Below, in pieces: positions 59,201-64,000 of a DNA stretch of 64,000 nucleotides. Where the stretch lies: the NCBI GenBank assembly GCA_045646505.1, contig JAZRKW010000090.1, positions 18,955 to 82,954 on the forward strand, read 5' to 3'. The notes under the pieces are model-generated. The model made no database searches and was not told the DNA's origin. It worked only from the letters and a program-made list of their open reading frames with translations. Both the position numbers and the translations under genes were made by a program. Within the stretch, counting starts at the first letter, position 1; each line of letters opens with the position of its first letter. This DNA comes from Akkermansia sp. GTDB lineage: Bacteria > Verrucomicrobiota > Verrucomicrobiia > Verrucomicrobiales > Akkermansiaceae.

Positions 59201-62200
59201 ACACCATTGCCGCAAATCTTCACATTGAAGTCCAGACCAGCCTTGCCGGGAGTAGCAGGATCCAGACCCGTTATCGAGAAACCGGTGAAGTCGACCGTCG
59301 TGCCGTCCGTCACGGTGATGGTACGGACATCACCAATCCCGCCCGTGCCGATATCGCAGGTTGAAATTTTAAGCGTAGCGCTCTTTTGAAGCTCAATGTT
59401 ACGCCCGAAGTTCGAGCCGCGCCCGATTACCTCTACCACACCCTTACCGCTGATTGCAAGCGTCTTGCTGGGGTCCATATCCACATCGAATTTCCCGAGA
59501 GCCAGCACAACATGAGCCTTATCTTCCAGGGAAAACGCGTCAAAACCTGTCACGATGCTGGAGTTCGCTGAATCCGTGTAACCGTCGGAGTTCACGGCAC
59601 CCAGCGTATAAGTTGCTCCACCCTCTGCAAAATGAAGTGTACTTTTTGCATTTTCCTTTAGGATTTTGACATGGTTCGACTGCTCCATACCGCCAAAGAT
59701 GCCGCACTCGAGATCGTCAACATTAGGATTGTTGTACTCAATAATACCCTTACCGAGTTTGAATCCACTGTACAGATTTACCAGAACGTCACCATAAATC
59801 TGGGCTAGATCATTTCCTTCATCCCATCCCTTACCAGGGGCCTCAACCTTGTTTGCCGTACCACTGATAAGATCAAGAACGACATCACCTTTCACCACAC
59901 CTGCATTCGAGCCTCCCACCAGTATGGAAGTAACATTGGCCGAGCCTTCCATGCGCACATAGATATCGCCCGTGACAACACCATGATCTGTTCCTCCGAA
60001 AACACGCAAGTCCGGTCCACCAATAGTCCCACCGGTCAACACCATTTCTACGGCACGAGGACGATCCTTTCCCTCTACCTTCTGTGTACCTATAATGTTG
60101 GCGTAAAAGCCGCCGGCAAAGATTTCCCCAACTGTTCCACCATCTACATAAACATGTGCGGTGCCGGTCTGCGTCAAATACGGCACATTGCGCCACAGAG
60201 TTTCATCATACACCCAGACGGTCCAATCAACGTATGGATTTTCGAATCCCCACAACCGCTTCGTAACGTAACCATAATTATCATACACCAGCTGCCCGTG
60301 CCAGCCACCGCACGAACCACCGAAAATATTATAAATATGGCCCGACTTCACCGTCACAAAACTCTCAGCGTCCTGATTACACCAGCGGGAACCACCAATG
60401 ATGTACTCCTTAGCATAGTCTGTCTCGGGGATGCCATCGACATGAATTTTGTCATTTGTGACTTTTGAGTCCACCAGAATATGGGTGGCAGCAGTCTGCG
60501 GTGTTGTCACAGAAGACCCCGGAGAGTCAGAAGTCCCCGGATCTATTTTATTATTGGTCAAACCGCCGATAATGGTCCTAACGCCGGAGCTGTCATATAT
60601 CCACACCTCATGGTCAGCAGCAGCAGCCTCACTCTCCGCAATGTTACCACCAACGACAAGGTCACCTTTTGCATCAGAGGTCAGAGTCACCACGATAGCC
60701 TTCCCATCATTAACCCTCTTAGCATTAGTCTCATTCACGATGGAACCATACTTGAAATAGGTGGCATCGTGACTTTGTTTGGTGGCATCGACAACGATAC
60801 CCCAGGCCAGCGAAACATACTTGGCATCGCCACCGATACCCGAGGCCTGCGTAAACGTGTCGATTGCTGTGCTTTCATACCGACGGGAGAAAGCCGGGGC
60901 ATTTTTGGTCTTGCCCCAGCGCTCATCCCACTGTGGTATACCGACCGTATTCCCGGCAAAACTCAAGGTAAAGGAACCATTCTCGTTATCCGTGAATTCT
61001 ACCTTTATCCCCGTTCCCAGGTTTACACCGTTGATGGAAACCTGGGCAGATGAAATTGGGTTCGAATTCGATTCCCCCTCTCCACTTGAACTGATAAATT
61101 CATATTCTCCCCCATCAATAAATGTATATATGTATTTACCGTTGGTATCAATCTCAGGCGTTATCTTACCGAGCTCAATATTGCTGATACCGGACAGCGT
61201 GACCTTACCACTATTATTGAGCGTCGCATCAAACGTAATATTTCCGGTAAGGATGTAGGAACCGGACTCATTTACCTCAACGCCCGAGCCTATTGTCACC
61301 CCCGTCAAGGTCGACGCGGTTGAAGAAGAAGTCAATGTAACATCAGACAACGTCACGTTACCCGCCGCCTTAAAATCTTTAAGAATGAGATATTGCAGTT
61401 CTGCATTTCCCTGAACCAGCAAATTGCTTGCGTTGATTTCTGCGGCCTTGATGTCATCTTCGATGGCGGCGTTATATACATCCTTCGTACCTCTGATACC
61501 AGCGGCATCCATCGTCACGCCGCTGAGCTTGGCATCCCCTGCATTGGATGATGCCGTGTAGGTAACACCATTCACACCAACCATGTCCAGCCCACCAGTG
61601 TCACTCTTCAGCGTGAGCGTAGCACTATCATCAACTTCCACCGTTCCCTTCACCGCAAGCTTATTGCTCAACGTGAGGGAGCCGGCCTGAATATCCACAT
61701 TCCCCAGAGCGGTGCCCTCGGTGGCATTGTTCGCCAGGCCCAGTGTTACATCAGCCTTACCAAGCTTGTGAATCCGGGTACCTGCAGTCAGACCGCCACC
61801 ATCGGAATCAAGCTGATAGGCGGTTGTATCCGCCGTGAAATAAACGTTCCCAGGGGAAACCACATCCTTCACCTTGACCGTCTCCGTCGACTGGGTTTGG
61901 CCATCGGTCGTCAGGTCTCCGAAAATAGCCGCAGTATACTTCACACCTTCCCCTTCCTGATATTCGTCCCCACTCCAGTTACCGCCATTGCCGGTTAGAG
62001 TCCAATTCTCAGAGTATGAACCATCCCATACGTTGCCCATCATGGTGTGGATGTAGAGCAAATTACCATCAAGGACAATCTTATACTGAGAGGCATCCAG
62101 CTTAACATCATTATTATGCGTCACGTTGAAGCTGAGATTGGCGATGGTCTTCACCCCGGTCATGATGTTGTAGGTTTGCATCGACTGCAACTCCTGAGAG

Positions 62201-64000
62201 AAGTTGAGATTCAGCACTACATTATCCAACTTGAGGGAATTATCGTTAACATTCAGCACCGCATCCTTGGAGGAGGCAGCATCCGTGCCGACAATGGAGG
62301 AAATGGCAAGAGACGAACCATTCTGCAAGGTAAGCGCGTTGAGCTTGACCGCACCGGGGGCGTTCAGGGCCAGGGTACCACCGAACTCCAGGACTACACC
62401 ACTGGCATTCGACAGGGCTTCTGTATTCAGCAGGGTCAGAGTAGAGCCGTCATACACTGTTACTTTGCCCTTAAAGCCGGTATTAGCGCCGTAAAGCACT
62501 ACTGTGCCCGGAACGTTCTCCGTTTCACTATCCGAGTTGCCCAGCACAATATCACCGCTGCCGGAGATGGAACCAGATATCTCCAGAGAACTGTTTGCCG
62601 AGGCAGAGTTCAGGGTGATAGTTTGCCCTGCCGCCACGGTCAGATTGGCATCAATACTGTTGCCGGTGTTCTCATAGTTCACGCAAAGACTGTCGTCTCG
62701 AAGTTTCAGGCCACCCCCATCAGCCGCACCCGTGATGGAAGAAGCGCCGGAAAGGGATATTGCATTCCCGGCAGACAAGGTCTGGGTCGTTGAGCCGATA
62801 TCCAGACGGGCGCCATTCTTCAGTTCAACAGCACCGGAACCGGTTGCCATGATATCATCCGCACCTGCGCCCAGTTTCAGCTTGGCTTTATCCAGAATCA
62901 ACTTACCATGCACCGCGCCGGTAGCATTCTTCACGGTCAGCGAGCCGGATGTTACCTCCAGGGTTCCCAGATCCTGCATCTTCGTCACCGTGGCGGAGCT
63001 GGAGTTCGTCACTTCGATAGCCAGATCCGTGTAGTTAAAGTCCCCGGAATTATCCGCCATACCGAAAATCTGCAGCTCCTCAACGGTACAGCCGGAATCG
63101 AACTTCAGCTTGGCCGCATCACTCTTCACATACACGCTGTGGCGGTCATTATAAGTGACGCCGGGAGCATCCAGCACCAGCGTGCCGGTCAAATCAATCA
63201 CCGGGAATTTGGAGGATGACACGGCCACCGAATCAGACGAGGTCTGCACATGCACAGTGGCCCCCTCACCGACGGTGAGTTTTTCTACCTGAAGATAGCT
63301 GAAATATACATCATTCTCCTGCGTATTGACAATCAGGTTTCCTGCGGTCACCGTGCCGGTGTATTGCTGCTTCGCCGTGCCGCCGATGGTAATCGAACCG
63401 AGTTTATTCTCTGTGATAGTAGTAGTAGTCAGATTGCCGGATACGGATGCGGAGCCTCCATTCACCACAAGCTCCATCTCATTCGCCGTCACATTGCCGG
63501 TGATAGTGAGGGTACCGGCAGTCGAAGCATCGCCGGCTTCGACGGTCAATTTGCCGCCCACAGTCATATCTCCGCCAATGGTTGTAGTGAGGTTCTGGAA
63601 CGTAGCATCCTTAACGATGGTGGCACCGCCCAGCAGCGCTACACTGCCGGAGCCTGCAGTGGTCAGGCCGCCCTGCACCACGAGCTGGTCGTTGAAAGTA
63701 ACGGCTCCGTTTCCGGGATTGAGGCTCGCATCCCCCAGCACAGCCACACGAGCACCGCTGAAGCTGTAGCCGCCATCGGTCACGCCCAACTTTGCCACTA
63801 CCATGTCCTGAGTAACAGTTATCTCCCTGTTAGCAGCATTGCCGCCACCAAAATAAACATTGGAAAGAGCGGTGAAGGTCTCGGGAACAGTTTTTTCTGC
63901 AGAGCTGCTCCAGTTTACGGAACCGATATTCCACATATTATCGGCAGCACCATTCCAGTAAAGATTACCATTGTGATCAGCGGAAAGCTTAAGTTTACCA
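56296..64000 (-). CDS. Second giant PATR / PEP-CTERM surface protein (more than 2560 aa; 5' end outside the window)
   Basis: Frame open to the window edge; LVKDGKGVHYILGSSNTYTGGT, LRKVGEGTLDLDQTNSYSG, HSGEGTLVLNGDSSYTGGT; ends VPEPTTSTLGLLALTALCARRRRRG. Confidence 0.9.
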   Translation of the reverse strand, partial: GKLKLSADHNGNLYWNGAADNMWNIGSVNWSSSAEKTVPETFTALSNVYFGGGNAANREITVTQDMVVAKLGVTDGGYSFSGARVAVLGDASLNPGNGAVTFNDQLVVQGGLTTAGSGSVALLGGATIVKDATFQNLTTTIGGDMTVGGKLTVEAGDASTAGTLTITGNVTANEMELVVNGGSASVSGNLTTTTITENKLGSITIGGTAKQQYTGTVTAGNLIVNTQENDVYFSYLQVEKLTVGEGATVHVQTSSDSVAVSSSKFPVIDLTGTLVLDAPGVTYNDRHSVYVKSDAAKLKFDSGCTVEELQIFGMADNSGDFNYTDLAIEVTNSSSATVTKMQDLGTLEVTSGSLTVKNATGAVHGKLILDKAKLKLGAGADDIMATGSGAVELKNGARLDIGSTTQTLSAGNAISLSGASSITGAADGGGLKLRDDSLCVNYENTGNSIDANLTVAAGQTITLNSASANSSLEISGSISGSGDIVLGNSDSETENVPGTVVLYGANTGFKGKVTVYDGSTLTLLNTEALSNASGVVLEFGGTLALNAPGAVKLNALTLQNGSSLAISSIVGTDAASSKDAVLNVNDNSLKLDNVVLNLNFSQELQSMQTYNIMTGVKTIANLSFNVTHNNDVKLDASQYKIVLDGNLLYIHTMMGNVWDGSYSENWTLTGNGGNWSGDEYQEGEGVKYTAAIFGDLTTDGQTQSTETVKVKDVVSPGNVYFTADTTAYQLDSDGGGLTAGTRIHKLGKADVTLGLANNATEGTALGNVDIQAGSLTLSNKLAVKGTVEVDDSATLTLKSDTGGLDMVGVNGVTYTASSNAGDAKLSGVTMDAAGIRGTKDVYNAAIEDDIKAAEINASNLLVQGNAELQYLILKDFKAAGNVTLSDVTLTSSSTASTLTGVTIGSGVEVNESGSYILTGNITFDATLNNSGKVTLSGISNIELGKITPEIDTNGKYIYTFIDGGEYEFISSSGEGESNSNPISSAQVSINGVNLGTGIKVEFTDNENGSFTLSFAGNTVGIPQWDERWGKTKNAPAFSRRYESTAIDTFTQASGIGGDAKYVSLAWGIVVDATKQSHDATYFKYGSIVNETNAKRVNDGKAIVVTLTSDAKGDLVVGGNIAESEAAAADHEVWIYDSSGVRTIIGGLTNNKIDPGTSDSPGSSVTTPQTAATHILVDSKVTNDKIHVDGIPETDYAKEYIIGGSRWCNQDAESFVTVKSGHIYNIFGGSCGGWHGQLVYDNYGYVTKRLWGFENPYVDWTVWVYDETLWRNVPYLTQTGTAHVYVDGGTVGEIFAGGFYANIIGTQKVEGKDRPRAVEMVLTGGTIGGPDLRVFGGTDHGVVTGDIYVRMEGSANVTSILVGGSNAGVVKGDVVLDLISGTANKVEAPGKGWDEGNDLAQIYGDVLVNLYSGFKLGKGIIEYNNPNVDDLECGIFGGMEQSNHVKILKENAKSTLHFAEGGATYTLGAVNSDGYTDSANSSIVTGFDAFSLEDKAHVVLALGKFDVDMDPSKTLAISGKGVVEVIGRGSNFGRNIELQKSATLKISTCDIGTGGIGDVRTITVTDGTTVDFTGFSITGLDPATPGKAGLDFNVKICGNGVDGKGALYMGQSTQTADDTNANVNEIYLPKVELTGSASVKVVAQEALYMDSIKLAGNTLTKLGAGDFITHSVEKVDEKITGTILVQQGTFGVTKTTDAAATDMVLAAGAKLKLNATAPETTDQETTDPETTDTADLTLRSLSGAGTVELNGSTLTLQTVEDSAYYTEYMPVEYTGDSTSYDQFLGTTGFGYAVFSGLIKDDGKLVKDGKGVHYILGSSNTYTGGTELKNGRLYLLGTSTSEDFTKGASPVSSGVAGTGDIEWTGSAAELYLGHGAHIYNNGTVSGEGAVITIGVEGALKGVLADFCKGTTKVTKGEDTYVVIDTHNLKSIAVDALYADGTAYTAGTEIDRSKMLLVKDSSVNATAVTFLSANGYNEAYYSGFLSGNAALRKVGEGTLDLDQTNSYSGEIKIKDTSYTVGTLVEAGTLRLRGWGTVGSGAVQVNAGSSLMLTYIGGYGEDETKSLANDIYLYGNGDEQWKAHDSTSKQTAALISTLGQAVEFTLSGDITGDGGVLHSGEGTLVLNGDSSYTGGTVITRGVVDVQSAKGLGSTANGAGAVVLGENADLHVTVEDGTTGSQLVTTLASVEDEILGDVSIVGTESTARILHMADNGYSAATTTLGENGTLLLRGAPIEKKGVSAESDLLTGKGSVVVSDPTGSGATASFGTITDYTGDFRVEGDKASIQVKNGSYSEGSIAVSGQQASVQIGGNVSIEAGESLQLSSTGLVPDQTDKVDMGTGAVLVSHGMVSVAAGAELSAIKAETVYAYDDISKLEKAASVTVKDVVLADDGEINAYHQLDLDDGVLLAYKGRFDADIAINQQAVAGVKADVGLTLAGGSTYRTDSGHISLMGGSLTLDTLIDNQLTFNTTLDVPYENLYGKVQLVLFSDVSSVKFIYGDITETAQEPGVYYTRADNFLTGCDYIDSQTMLVYDSHADVVYLEMKVPEPTTSTLGLLALTALCARRRRRG
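58811..58859. repeat. In-frame 15-bp tandem repeat x3 (ETTD-P/Q units)
   Basis: gtggtttccgggtct gtggtttcctggtct gtggtttccggggct. Confidence 0.85.

Overview
About 57% GC chromosomal window. It most likely comes from an Akkermansia-like verrucomicrobium, inferred from the PEP-CTERM giants, double-length UvrA, ECF/Ser-Thr kinase pair and RNase HIII. Core genes: partial rpoA, pdxA, uvrA, gpsA/plsY, tsaC(sua5), trpB, a full his cluster with an in-frame HisD-HisC fusion, HU, rnhC, tRNA-Ser(GGA), an OmpR/histidine kinase pair and menC. The last 19 kb holds two giant PATR-repeat/PEP-CTERM surface proteins. The strongest candidate for an undescribed system is a ~3-kb element (3271-6242) integrated in the 3' end of uvrA between 25-bp direct repeats. 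It carries a tyrosine recombinase and a divergent, AT-rich polytopic glycosyltransferase-like gene, separated by a segment flanked by perfect 16-bp inverted repeats (candidate invertible promoter switch). Other notable items: a REPIN-like nested hairpin, a 13x7-bp VNTR in the his cluster, a G3-U70 pair in tRNA-Ser, and several apparently leaderless sigma70 promoters. All family assignments come from motif recognition by eye; no database search was run.
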